Positions 16,858-25,339 of a DNA stretch of 32,000 bases are shown here, piece by piece. The DNA lies in the NCBI RefSeq assembly GCF_003324675.1, contig NZ_CP030918.1:390001-422000 (forward strand), written 5' to 3'. Source of the stretch: Paracoccus suum. GTDB lineage: Bacteria > Pseudomonadota > Alphaproteobacteria > Rhodobacterales > Rhodobacteraceae. The notes below the pieces were generated by a model. That model made no database searches. It saw nothing but the letters and a program-made list of their open reading frames with translations, and was not told where the DNA came from. The position numbers and the translations under genes were made by a program. Position 1 is the stretch's first letter. Each line of letters begins with the position of its first letter.

Positions 16858-17534
16858 CGCTGGCCGGGGTAGATTCGGCTGGGATGGTCGGCGACCGAGC
16901 GCAGCCAGAACTCGGCATTCATCTGGCCCAGTTGGTTTTCATGGTAGAAATCCACAGTCGTGTAGATGATCGGGCGCTGGCCGTAATAGGCCTGCAGCAC
17001 GCGCATGAAGCTTTCGGCCTCGGCCCGGACCTCGGCGCCCGACGGGCGGCGCGGGCAGGTGCGCGAGGCGGTCCATTCGAGGTCGATCACCGGCGGCAGC
17101 GAGCGGCCGTCGCGCGGCACGTTGGCGATGAACCATGCCGCCTGCTGCACGCCCGAGCGGCAGAAATAGAAGTAGTGATAGGCGCCGCGCGGCAGGCCGG
17201 CGGCGGCCGTCTCGGCCCAGTAACGGCGGAAGGCCGGATCGCTGTGATCGCCGCCCTCGGTCGCCTTGATGAAGGCAAAGCTGACGCCCGAGGCGCGCAC
17301 GCGCTGCCAGTCGATATCGCCCTGGTAGCGCGAGATATCGATGCCGTGAACTTCCTGATTGTAGGGGTGTCCGTTACGCCAGACATGCGGGGCAGTGTCG
17401 CCCAGCGCCGGAACGGTCCCGCCAACGTAGCTTCCGCCACCGCCGCCGCCGCCGCCGCCCCGCGGCGGCGTGCGGGCGCACCCGGCGATGATTACCAGCG
17501 TCATCATCAAGAACAGGGACACCAAACGCTTCAT
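16734..17534 (-). CDS. Glycoside hydrolase family 25 (lysozyme/muramidase), predicted lipoprotein with a poly-Gly linker
   Basis: MKRLVSLFLMMTLVIIAGC lipobox, then a GGGGGGGGGS linker, then HGIDISRYQGDIDWQRVRASGVSFAFIKATEG...VIDLEW..., the GH25 catalytic signature. Confidence 0.88.
   Translation of the reverse strand: MKRLVSLFLMMTLVIIAGCARTPPRGGGGGGGGGSYVGGTVPALGDTAPHVWRNGHPYNQEVHGIDISRYQGDIDWQRVRASGVSFAFIKATEGGDHSDPAFRRYWAETAAAGLPRGAYHYFYFCRSGVQQAAWFIANVPRDGRSLPPVIDLEWTASRTCPRRPSGAEVRAEAESFMRVLQAYYGQRPIIYTTVDFYHENQLGQMNAEFWLRSVADHPSRIYPGQRWTFWQYTGTGTVPGIRGNVDLNTFAGNSAQWRQWLATHLR
17436..17459 (-). repeat. Trinucleotide (GCC)n tract encoding the poly-Gly linker of the GH25 lipoprotein
   Basis: The plus strand reads GCCACCGCCGCCGCCGCCGCCGCC. 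On the coding strand this is (GGC)6-GGT-GGC. Confidence 0.85.
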
Positions 17535-17620
17535 CGCCACCACTCCCCCGACGGTTTGTTTTGCCGCTCTATCGCAAGCGGCGGCGGGAAAGTCACTGGA
17601 CTGCGGCCCTCACGAAAGCG

Positions 17621-19000
17621 TCAGTTGGCGTCCGGCACCAGCTTGCCGGGGTTGAGGATGCCCAGCGGGTCCAGCGCGGTCTTGATCGCGCCCATGACCT
17701 GCCAGCCGTCGCCATGCTCGGCGGTCATCAGCGCCCGCTTGCCGATGCCGACGCCATGCTCGCCGGTGATCGTGCCGCCCACGTCCAGCGCGCGCTCGGC
17801 CATGCGGGTGGCGATGCGCTTGGCGGCAGTCAGTTCGACCTCGTTTCCTGGCTCGATCAGCAGCAGCGCATGGAAGTTTCCGTCGCCGACATGGCCCACG
17901 ATCGGTCCCATCAGCCCTTCGGCCGCGATATCGGCGGCGGCAGCGCTGACGGCCTCGGCCAGATGCGACATCGGCACGCAGACATCGGTCACGACCGCGG
18001 TCGCGCCCGGACGCAGCGCGAGCGCGGCGGGATAGGCACCGTGCCGCATCCGCCACAGTTGGTTGCGTGCCTCGGGCGTGCTGGCCCAGTCAAAGCCGGC
18101 GCCGCCAAACTCGGCCGCTATGGCGCCGAACGAATCTGCATCGGAAGCAACTGAGGTCTTGGCGCCGTGAAACTCGACCATCAGATGCGGCTGCTCGGGC
18201 AAGTGGGTGCCGGCCGAGCGGTTGAAGGCGCGGGCAATGCCGGCATCCACGAACTCGATCCGCGCCATGGGAATGCCGGACTGGATCGTCGCGGTGACGC
18301 ATTCGACCGCCTCCTCCAGCGTAGGAAAGGCGCAGACCGCCGCCGCGACCTCCTCCGGCTGGCCGTGCAGGCGCAAGGTCAGTTCGGTGATGATCCCCAG
18401 CGTGCCCTCGCTGCCGACCATCAGGCCGGTCAGGTCATACCCGGCTGAGGATTTCGCGGCGCGGCTGCCGGTGCGGATCACGCGCCCGTCGGCCAGCACG
18501 ACCTCGAGCCCCAGAACGTTGTCGCGCATCGTGCCATAGCGCACGGCGGTGGTGCCGCTGGCGCGGGTCGCGGCCATCCCGCCAAGGCTGGCATTGGCGC
18601 CGGGATCGACCGGAAAAAACAGGCCAGTCGCCCGCAGCTCTCGGTTCAGCGCCTCGCGCGTGACGCCGGGCTGCACGGTCACCTGCAGATCCTCGGGGCG
18701 GATCTCGATCACGCGGTCCATGCGGCTGGTATCGAGGCTGATGCCACCGCGTACCGCCAGGGCATGCCCTTCGAGCGAGGTGCCGGTGCCCCAGCCGATT
18801 ACGGGGATGCGGTGCGCGCTGGCGATCCGCAGGATGGCCGCGACCTCGATGGTATCGACCGGCCAGACGACGGCATCGGGCGGCGGCGCCCGGTGCCAGG
18901 TCTCGGAGCCGCCGTGCAGGTCGCGTTCCGCCTGGGTGGTGGACAGGCGCTCGCCCAGAAGGGCCGCAAGCTTCTCGGTCGCTTCGCGTGAAATCGCCAT
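17621..19000 (-). CDS. FAD-linked oxidase (GlcD / D-lactate / D-2-hydroxyacid dehydrogenase family)
   Basis: PDAVVWPVDTIEVAAILRIASAHRIPVIGWGTGTSLEGH...PGANASLGGMAATRASG...GTITGEHGVGIGK are FAD_binding_4 plus FAD-oxidase_C signatures. No glcE/glcF partners are nearby. Confidence 0.88.
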   Translation of the reverse strand: MAISREATEKLAALLGERLSTTQAERDLHGGSETWHRAPPPDAVVWPVDTIEVAAILRIASAHRIPVIGWGTGTSLEGHALAVRGGISLDTSRMDRVIEIRPEDLQVTVQPGVTREALNRELRATGLFFPVDPGANASLGGMAATRASGTTAVRYGTMRDNVLGLEVVLADGRVIRTGSRAAKSSAGYDLTGLMVGSEGTLGIITELTLRLHGQPEEVAAAVCAFPTLEEAVECVTATIQSGIPMARIEFVDAGIARAFNRSAGTHLPEQPHLMVEFHGAKTSVASDADSFGAIAAEFGGAGFDWASTPEARNQLWRMRHGAYPAALALRPGATAVVTDVCVPMSHLAEAVSAAAADIAAEGLMGPIVGHVGDGNFHALLLIEPGNEVELTAAKRIATRMAERALDVGGTITGEHGVGIGKRALMTAEHGDGWQVMGAIKTALDPLGILNPGKLVPDAN

Positions 19001-19036
19001 GCCCGCGTTCCCTTTGTTGCCGCGCCGGGCCTGCCC

Positions 19037-20857
19037 TCAGCCCTCCAGCGGTGCGGTGGCCGCCAGCAGCCAGTCCCGCACCTCGCCCTCGACCGCATCC
19101 TGCAAGCGCTCGCGCACCCCGGCGTGATAGGCGTCGAGCCACGCGATCTCCTCCGGCGCCATCTGGCCTATGTCGATCAGGCGGCGGTCGATGGGCGCCC
19201 AGGTGATCGTCTCGAACCCCAGCATGTCGCGGCCGTCGGGGCTGGCATCGCGGCCAAGTTCGGTCACGACGCACAGGTTCTCGATCCGGATGCCGAAGGC
19301 GCCCTCGCGGTAGTAGCCCGGCTCGTTCGACAGGATCATGCCGGGCGCCAGCGGAATTCCCGACACGCGCGAGATGCGGACCGGCCCTTCATGCACGCAC
19401 ATCGCGGCGCCGACGCCGTGGCCGGTGCCGTGGTCGTAATCGAGGCCGGCCGCCCAGAGGAACTGGCGCGCCAGCGGGTCGATGTCGCGCCCGGCGATGC
19501 CGCGCGGAAAGCGCACGCGGCTGATCGCGATCATGCCGCGCAGCACGCGGGTGTAGGGATCGCGCGCCTCTACCAGAACCTCGCCGATGGGAATGGTGCG
19601 GGTGATGTCGGTGGTCCCGACCTCGTATTGGCCGCCCGAATCGAGGACCAGCAATTCGCCCGACGACAGCGTGCGGTCCGCCGCCTCGGTCGGATGGTGA
19701 TGTGGCAAGGCGCCGTTGGGACCAGAGCCCGCGATGGTAGCAAAGGACTGGTCGATGCACCCGGCTTCGCGCCGCAACTGGGACAGATGGCGCACGACTG
19801 CCATCTCGGTCAGCGTGCCGGGCGGGGATGTGTCGAGCCAATGCAGCACGCGAACCATCGCGACGGCATCGCGCAGATGGGCGGCGCGCATACCTTCGAT
19901 CTCGGCGGCGTTCTTCATCGCCTTGGGCATGACGGCGGGGTCCTGACCCTCGGCGATCTCGGTCCCGATCTCGGTCAGAAGGGTCGCCACGGCCTGCGGC
20001 GCGCTGCCGGGGTCGAGGCGCACCGGCCCGCTAAGGGCCTGCAGTGCCGGGGTGAAACCGGCCAGCGGCAGGATCGAGACGGAATTGCCCAGCGCGGCGC
20101 GCACCTCATCGCCGAACTTGGCCGGGTCAGTGAAGAGCGCGACATGGCCGTCCGCCTCGAGGATGGCAAAGGCCTGCACGACCGGGTTGCTGGGCAGGTC
20201 GCTGCCGCGGATGTTCAGCAGCCAGGAAATGGAATCGGGCAGCGTCAGTACCGCCGCGGCCTGACCGGCCTTGTCCAGCTCTGCCCCCAGACGCGCACGC
20301 TTTTCGGCGGCGGTGGCGCCGGCGACCGCATCGTCGTGCAGCCGCACCGAGCCGACCGGCGTGTCCGGGCGATCGTGCCAGATAGAATCGATCGGGTTCG
20401 GAATCGGCACCAGCGCGATGTCGGCGCCGGTCAGCGCCTCCTCCAGCTCCTGGACCTCGCGCATGGTGTGCAGCCAGGGGTCAAAACCGACGCGGCCGCC
20501 CTCGGGCAACGCCTCGCGCAGCCATGCGGCCAGCGTCGTTTCGGGCCAGGGGACGGGCGTGAAATACGCCGGGTCGGTCTCGGCCTTGACTTGCACGCGA
20601 TAGCGGCCGTCGATGAAAACGCCGGCACGTTCGCGCGTGACGGCCGCAAACCCGGCCGAGCCTGAGAACCCCGTCAGCCAGCGCAGCCGGGCGTCGGCAT
20701 CCGCAACATATTCACCCTGATAGGCATCGGCGCGCGGGACGAGCACGACATCTACCCCCAGCGCGTCCATCTGCGCGCGCAACTGGCCCAGGCGGCCGGG
20801 ATAGTCGCCGTGATGCGCTGGGGCATTCGCGACGGGGGACGGACGGGCTTGGGACAT
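19037..20857 (-). CDS. Aminopeptidase P family protein (M24B Xaa-Pro aminopeptidase), 606 aa
   Basis: LRWLTGFSGSAGFAAVT...GELLVLDSGGQYEVGTTDITRT...YDHGTGHGVGAAMCVHEGP...ILSNEPGYY are M24B metal-ligand motifs. Lies 36 nt upstream of the FAD oxidase gene on the same strand. Confidence 0.9.
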   Translation of the reverse strand: MSQARPSPVANAPAHHGDYPGRLGQLRAQMDALGVDVVLVPRADAYQGEYVADADARLRWLTGFSGSAGFAAVTRERAGVFIDGRYRVQVKAETDPAYFTPVPWPETTLAAWLREALPEGGRVGFDPWLHTMREVQELEEALTGADIALVPIPNPIDSIWHDRPDTPVGSVRLHDDAVAGATAAEKRARLGAELDKAGQAAAVLTLPDSISWLLNIRGSDLPSNPVVQAFAILEADGHVALFTDPAKFGDEVRAALGNSVSILPLAGFTPALQALSGPVRLDPGSAPQAVATLLTEIGTEIAEGQDPAVMPKAMKNAAEIEGMRAAHLRDAVAMVRVLHWLDTSPPGTLTEMAVVRHLSQLRREAGCIDQSFATIAGSGPNGALPHHHPTEAADRTLSSGELLVLDSGGQYEVGTTDITRTIPIGEVLVEARDPYTRVLRGMIAISRVRFPRGIAGRDIDPLARQFLWAAGLDYDHGTGHGVGAAMCVHEGPVRISRVSGIPLAPGMILSNEPGYYREGAFGIRIENLCVVTELGRDASPDGRDMLGFETITWAPIDRRLIDIGQMAPEEIAWLDAYHAGVRERLQDAVEGEVRDWLLAATAPLEG

Positions 20858-20930
20858 CGCGGGCTCCTGGCAATCGGCGCTGGAGATTGGCGCGAAACAT
20901 GGTCAAGGTCCAGCGCCGCTCAGCGCCCGA

Positions 20931-22232
20931 TCAGCCGTCGGGGAACAGCACGAACCGCGCCACGAACAGGGCCGCCACGATCCAGGTCGCAGGATGGACC
21001 TCGCGCGCGCGGCCAGTCAGCAGCTTGATCACCGCGTAGCTGACAAAGCCGAAGGCGAGGCCGTTGGCGATGGAATAGGTGAACGGCATGGCGATGGCGG
21101 TCAGCACCGCGGGTGCCGCCTCGGTCACGTCGTTCCAGCTGATCTCGGCCAGTTCGCGCAGCATCAGGGTCGCGACATAAAGGAGTGCCGGCGCGGTCGC
21201 CGCGGCCGGAACCGAGCCCGCCAGTGGCGACAGGAACGTCGAGAGCAGGAACAGCACTGCGACCACCAGCGCGGTGAGGCCGGTGCGGCCCCCGGCCTGC
21301 ACGCCCGAGGCGCTTTCGACGTAGGCCGTGGTCGAGGACGTGCCCAGCATCGAGCCGGCGAGGATAGCGGTCGAATCGGCCATCAGCGCACGGCTGAGGC
21401 CCTCGTTCGTGTGGGCCGGACCCTCGGTCAGCAGGCCGGCGCGCTTTGCAATTCCGATCAGCGTGCCCGTGGCGTCGAACACCTCGACCAGCACCATCAC
21501 CAGCACGACATGCACCAGCCCGGTGCCCAGCGCGCCGACGATGTCCAGTTGCATGAAGGTCGGCGCGATCGACGGCGGGGCTGCAGCGATCCCGCCGAAG
21601 GCACTGTGGCCGATCGCGATAGAGACCGCCGTGACCACCAGAATGCCGATCAGAATCGCGCCCGGCACCTTGCGCGCGTCCAGCGCGGCGATGACGAAAA
21701 ACCCGGCGATGGTCAGCAGCGGGCCGGTCGCGGTCAGATCGCCGAGCGCGATGAAGGTCGCCGGATTGGCGACGACCAATCCGGAGGATTTCAGCGCGAT
21801 GATCGCCAGGAACAGGCCGATACCGGCGGCAATGGCGCTGCGCATGGATTGCGGGATGCCGGCGATCAACCAGCGCCGGATGCCGGTCACCGACAGGAAC
21901 AGGAACACCAAGCCCGAGATGAACACCGCGCCCAGCGCCTGCTGCCATGTGTAGCCCATGGCGCCGACGACGGTGAAGGCAAAGAAGGCGTTCAGCCCCA
22001 TGCCCGGCGCCATGCCGATGGGCCAGTTCGCCCAGAGGCCCATGATAGCCGAGCCGATGGCTGCGGCGAGGCAGGTGGCGACGAACACCGCGTCGCGGTC
22101 CATGCCGGTGGTCGACAGGATGTCCGGGTTCACGAACATGATGTAGGCCATGGTCAGGAAGGTCGTCAGACCTGCGACCACTTCGGTGCGCGTCGTGGTG
22201 CCATGCGCCCGCAGGCGAAACAGATCGGCCAT
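20931..22232 (-). CDS. NCS2 family purine (adenine/guanine/hypoxanthine) permease, AzgA-like
   Basis: MADLFRLRAHGTTTRTEVVAGLTTFLTMAYIMFVNPDIL closely parallels the AdeP/PbuG-type N-terminus. ATG 22232 has GGGGAGA about 10 nt upstream. In-frame ATGs at 22241 and 22277 are also possible. Confidence 0.9.
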   Translation of the reverse strand: MADLFRLRAHGTTTRTEVVAGLTTFLTMAYIMFVNPDILSTTGMDRDAVFVATCLAAAIGSAIMGLWANWPIGMAPGMGLNAFFAFTVVGAMGYTWQQALGAVFISGLVFLFLSVTGIRRWLIAGIPQSMRSAIAAGIGLFLAIIALKSSGLVVANPATFIALGDLTATGPLLTIAGFFVIAALDARKVPGAILIGILVVTAVSIAIGHSAFGGIAAAPPSIAPTFMQLDIVGALGTGLVHVVLVMVLVEVFDATGTLIGIAKRAGLLTEGPAHTNEGLSRALMADSTAILAGSMLGTSSTTAYVESASGVQAGGRTGLTALVVAVLFLLSTFLSPLAGSVPAAATAPALLYVATLMLRELAEISWNDVTEAAPAVLTAIAMPFTYSIANGLAFGFVSYAVIKLLTGRAREVHPATWIVAALFVARFVLFPDG

Positions 22233-22337
22233 CGTCGTCATTCTCCCCGTTTTGTGCGCCAGACTAGGGCGCGACAATGCGCCGCGGACCTCTCAAACTG
22301 AGGCAGACAGTTTCAGCCTTTGCAACAGAATGACGGG

Positions 22338-23129
22338 CTAAAGCGCGATCTCGCGGCGGCGGTCGGTGTGCACCAGTGCGCGGATCTGGCTGACGATCTG
22401 GTCGGCATGGGCGCGGGCGATGCGGTCGGCGCGGTCAATGTCCCGGGCGATGATGGCGGCGATCATCTCGTCATGTTCGGCCACGTATTGCTCGGGCAGG
22501 CGGTCGTCAAAACTCTGGTAATACAGGCGCAGGATGCGGCGGCCCTCGTCCAGCAGGCGGCAGAAAAGGCCTTCGTAATAAGGATTGTGCGCGGCAGCGG
22601 CGATGGCGGCGTGAAAGTCGCGGTTGGTCGCGATCATCGCCAGCGCGTCCTGCGCGCGCACCGCAACCGCGAATTCAGCCTGCGCCGCCTGCATGGCGGG
22701 CAGATCGGCGGGGCGATGGAATTCGGCTGCGAGACGGGTGGTGACGCGATACATCAGCGTGATCGCGTCAAAGAACGGGTTCAGGTTCAGGAAGTCGATG
22801 TTCGACACGATGGTCGAGCGGTTCGGCAGGGTCGTGACCAGTCCCTCGGCGGCAAGCCGCACCAGCGCCTCGCGGATGGGGGTGCGGGACATGGCAAAGC
22901 GTTCGGCCAGTTGGATCTCGTCGATGGCCTTTCCGGGTGGCAGGGCAAGGTCGATGATCTCGTCGCGCAGCATGTCATAGACGAACTTGACGCCCTCGCC
23001 CCGACGCCGGTCGGGCATGGTCGAGTCGGCTTTCGTGTGCTTGCCGGATGCGGGCCGGGAGGTCGCCGCCTTGCCAGCCCCGCGGCCTCGGGCTTTGGCG
23101 CGATCGTGGGGCGGGGCGTCACTGGCCAT
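22338..23129 (-). CDS. hypR: GntR family (FadR/FCD subfamily) transcriptional regulator, probable hydroxyproline-locus regulator
   Basis: YDMLRDEIIDLALPPGKAIDEIQLAERFAMSRTPIREALVRLAAEGLV is a GntR winged-HTH, followed by a helical FCD-like C-terminal domain. AAGGAAG Shine-Dalgarno 6 nt upstream of ATG 23129. Divergent from the deaminase gene. The symbol is by synteny analogy to S. meliloti, from memory. Confidence 0.85.
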   Translation of the reverse strand: MASDAPPHDRAKARGRGAGKAATSRPASGKHTKADSTMPDRRRGEGVKFVYDMLRDEIIDLALPPGKAIDEIQLAERFAMSRTPIREALVRLAAEGLVTTLPNRSTIVSNIDFLNLNPFFDAITLMYRVTTRLAAEFHRPADLPAMQAAQAEFAVAVRAQDALAMIATNRDFHAAIAAAAHNPYYEGLFCRLLDEGRRILRLYYQSFDDRLPEQYVAEHDEMIAAIIARDIDRADRIARAHADQIVSQIRALVHTDRRREIAL

Positions 23130-23199
23130 TGGCAACTTCCTTTGTTCGACGCGGATCATTGCCGGATTTGCAGACGCCGACCATAGGGCGGAGATCAGA

Positions 23200-23215
23200 T
23201 TGTTGTCGACAACAA
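23200..23215. promoter_or_regulatory. Perfect 16-bp palindrome TTGTTGTCGACAACAA, candidate GntR (HypR) operator
   Basis: Self-complementary over all 16 nt. Lies in the hypR/hypD-like divergent intergenic region. A TACAAT -10-like hexamer at 23219-23224 sits immediately downstream. Fits the GntR-type T.GT..AC.A logic. Confidence 0.5.
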
Positions 23216-23282
23216 GAATACAATGATGTCACTATGCCCCGACCCCGCGCCCCGGGCGCCCGATTCGCAACAGGAGCCACCG

Positions 23283-24242
23283 ATGACCGACACCGTGTTT
23301 TCGGGCTGCATGCCCGCCCTGATGACGCCCTGCACCGCGGACCGCCGTCCCGATTTCGCGGCCTTGGCCCGCAAGGGGCGCGAGCTTGTCGATCTGGGAA
23401 TGTCTGCCGTGGTCTATTGCGGCTCGATGGGCGACTGGCCGCTGCTGACCGACGCCGAGCGGATGGAGGGGGTCGAGGCCCTGGTGGGCGCGGGCGTGCC
23501 GGTCGTGGTCGGAACCGGCGCGGTCAACACCGCGCTTGCCGCCGAACACGCCGCCCATGCACAAAAGGTCGGCGCCAAGGGTCTGATGGTGATCCCGCGC
23601 GTGCTGTCGCGCGGCAGTTCCGCCAGCGCCCAGCGCGCCCATTTCGCGGCTGTACTTTCGGCCGCGCCTGATCTGCCGGCGGTGATCTACAACAGCCCCT
23701 ATTACGGCTTTGCGACACGCGCGGATCTGTTCTTTTCCCTGCGCGAGCAGCACAAGAACCTGGTCGGCTTCAAGGAATTCGGCGGCATAGCCGACCTGCG
23801 CTACGCGGCCGAGCACATCACCAGCGGCAATGACGACATCACCCTGATGATCGGTGTCGACACTGCCGTGGTCCACGGCTTCGTCAACTGCGGCGCCTCC
23901 GGCACCATCACCGGCATCGGCAACGCCCTGCCGCGCGAGGTGCTGCAATTGGTCGCCCTGTCGCAAGCCGCCGCCGCGGGCGATGCCGCCGCCCGCACCC
24001 GGGCGAACGAGTTGGAGGCCGCGTTGGCCGTCCTGTCTTCCTTCGACGAGGGCCCTGATCTGGTTCTGTTCTACAAGCACCTGATGGTGCTGAACGGCGA
24101 TCAGGAATACCGGCTGCATTTCAACGCCGACGATGCCCTCAGCGACAGCCAGCGGGGCTATGTCGAGGCGCAATACAACCTGTTCCGCGACTGGTATGCC
24201 AACTGGTCCCAGCAGGACGACCTGCGCCGGTTCGCGGCCTGA
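23283..24242 (+). CDS. hypD: DapA/DHDPS-family lyase, probable delta1-pyrroline-4-hydroxy-2-carboxylate (Pyr4H2C) deaminase
   Basis: MTDTVFSGCMPALMTPCTADRRPDFAAL...VVYCGSMGDWPLLTDAER...LVGFKEFGG (Schiff-base Lys context) indicates the DHDPS fold. The functional call rests on locus context (epimerase, D-Hyp dehydrogenase, KGSA dehydrogenase). CAGGAG Shine-Dalgarno upstream of ATG 23283. Confidence 0.82.
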   Translation: MTDTVFSGCMPALMTPCTADRRPDFAALARKGRELVDLGMSAVVYCGSMGDWPLLTDAERMEGVEALVGAGVPVVVGTGAVNTALAAEHAAHAQKVGAKGLMVIPRVLSRGSSASAQRAHFAAVLSAAPDLPAVIYNSPYYGFATRADLFFSLREQHKNLVGFKEFGGIADLRYAAEHITSGNDDITLMIGVDTAVVHGFVNCGASGTITGIGNALPREVLQLVALSQAAAAGDAAARTRANELEAALAVLSSFDEGPDLVLFYKHLMVLNGDQEYRLHFNADDALSDSQRGYVEAQYNLFRDWYANWSQQDDLRRFAA

Positions 24243-24287
24243 AGCGCGCCGATGCTGACGGGACGGACACAAGCGGCAGCGGCGGCC

Positions 24288-25319
24288 TTACGGCACCGCC
24301 GCCAGCCCGTCCCGCGCGAGGCGCTCCAGCCCCTCGATCTCGGCTGCGCTCAGAGTGATCCCCTCTGCCTCGGAAATGACGCGCGCCGCGCGGCGCCGGC
24401 CCGACGGCAGACGCGCGCCCTGCCCCTCGATCCCCGACAGGATCAGCTCGGCCGCGGCCAACGGGTCGCGCCGGCCGCCGGCAAAGCGCGCGGGATCGAA
24501 CGCGAGGATCAACTCGCCATGCTTGGGCGCAACGGCGGTGGTGCCGAGCCAGTCCAGTGCCTCGACACTGTTCAGATCGCCGATCATCGCACCGGCGAGC
24601 AGTTCGATCATCGTCGCGATGGCGCTGCCCTTGTGGCCGCCGAAGGTCAGCATCGCGCCGTCCAGCGCCGCCTGCGGGTCGGTCGTAGGCTGGCCCTCGG
24701 CGTCCACCGCCCAACCCTCTGGCAGGGGCGTGCCGGCGCGGCGGTGCAACTCGACCTCGCCGCGCGCGGCGACGCTGGTGGCGAAGTCAAAAACATAGGG
24801 CGCGCCGTCGGGCCGCGGCCAACCAAAGGCAAATGGGTTGGTGCCCAGCAGCGGGGCGCTGCCGCCATGCGGGGCTACGGTGGCATAGCTGGGGCACATG
24901 GCCATTGCCGCCAAGCCCTCGGCCGCCAGCCGTTCAACCTCGACCCACAGGGCCGAGAAATGGAAGCAGTCGTTGATGACCAGTGCTGCCAGCCCCTGAG
25001 TGCGCGCCCGCTCGACCAGCAGCGGCAGTCCCAGCTCGAAGGCCAGTGGGGAAAAGCCGCCCTTGGCATCGACGCGGACGATGCTGCCTTCGGAGGCAAT
25101 GACCTCCGGCACTGCGCCCGGGTTGACCTTGCCGATCTTGAGCGAGCGCAGGCAGCCCTCGATCCGGTAGACACCGTGCGACTTGCAGGCGTCGCGCTCG
25201 CCCGCGGCAATGACCGGAGCGATTGCGGCAGCCTGCGCGGCGCTGAAGCGGGCGCGCTGGAAGATCGCCTCGATCTTCGCAGTAAGCGCGGGAATCGTCA
25301 GGGTCTGGGGTGCGGTCAT
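24288..25319 (-). CDS. hypS: Ldh family (malate/L-lactate dehydrogenase type 2) oxidoreductase, probable delta1-pyrroline-2-carboxylate reductase
   Basis: ACKSHGVYRIEGCLRSLK...HFSALW...LLGTNPFAFGWP...FDFATSVAARGEV...TFGGHKGSAIATMIELLAG are signatures of the Ldh_2 family (DpkA/LhpD-like). ATG 25319 (MTAPQTL). Confidence 0.85.
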   Translation of the reverse strand: MTAPQTLTIPALTAKIEAIFQRARFSAAQAAAIAPVIAAGERDACKSHGVYRIEGCLRSLKIGKVNPGAVPEVIASEGSIVRVDAKGGFSPLAFELGLPLLVERARTQGLAALVINDCFHFSALWVEVERLAAEGLAAMAMCPSYATVAPHGGSAPLLGTNPFAFGWPRPDGAPYVFDFATSVAARGEVELHRRAGTPLPEGWAVDAEGQPTTDPQAALDGAMLTFGGHKGSAIATMIELLAGAMIGDLNSVEALDWLGTTAVAPKHGELILAFDPARFAGGRRDPLAAAELILSGIEGQGARLPSGRRRAARVISEAEGITLSAAEIEGLERLARDGLAAVP

Positions 25320-25339
25320 GTCTTGCCTCCGGCCATTCA

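Noticed and set aside
17551-17570. GCCGCT-N8-AGCGGC hairpin between the FAD oxidase and GH25 genes, as a terminator
   Set aside because: In the minus (transcribed) sense it is followed by an A-rich rather than a U-rich tract. The T-run lies on the wrong side for these minus-strand genes.
16743-18035. 430-aa plus-strand ORF opposite GH25 and the FAD oxidase
   Set aside because: It spans two real minus-strand genes and their intergenic region, with low-complexity composition.
20867-20882. Sigma-54-like TGGCAATCGGCGCTGG between the pepP and NCS2 genes
   Set aside because: The GG-to-GC spacing is off by 2 nt relative to the consensus. It is also oriented toward the antisense of the permease gene.
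19124-22301. 513-aa, 435-aa and 342-aa ORFs opposite or out of frame with the aminopeptidase P and NCS2 permease genes
   Set aside because: These are shadow ORFs with extreme Arg/Gly/Asp/His composition. The real frames have clear family motifs.
22233-22337. Possible purine riboswitch in the leader of the NCS2 purine permease
   Set aside because: The minus-sense leader lacks the conserved purine-riboswitch core segments and three-way junction layout. It has only a 6-bp AAACTG/CAGTTT hairpin, more likely the weak terminator of the upstream GntR gene.
23130-23145. Sigma-54-like TGGCAA-N5-TTTGT upstream of the hyp deaminase gene
   Set aside because: The -12 element lacks the invariant GC (TTTGT instead of TTGC). 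The sequence is also just the reverse complement of the regulator's Shine-Dalgarno region. No enhancer-binding protein gene is nearby.
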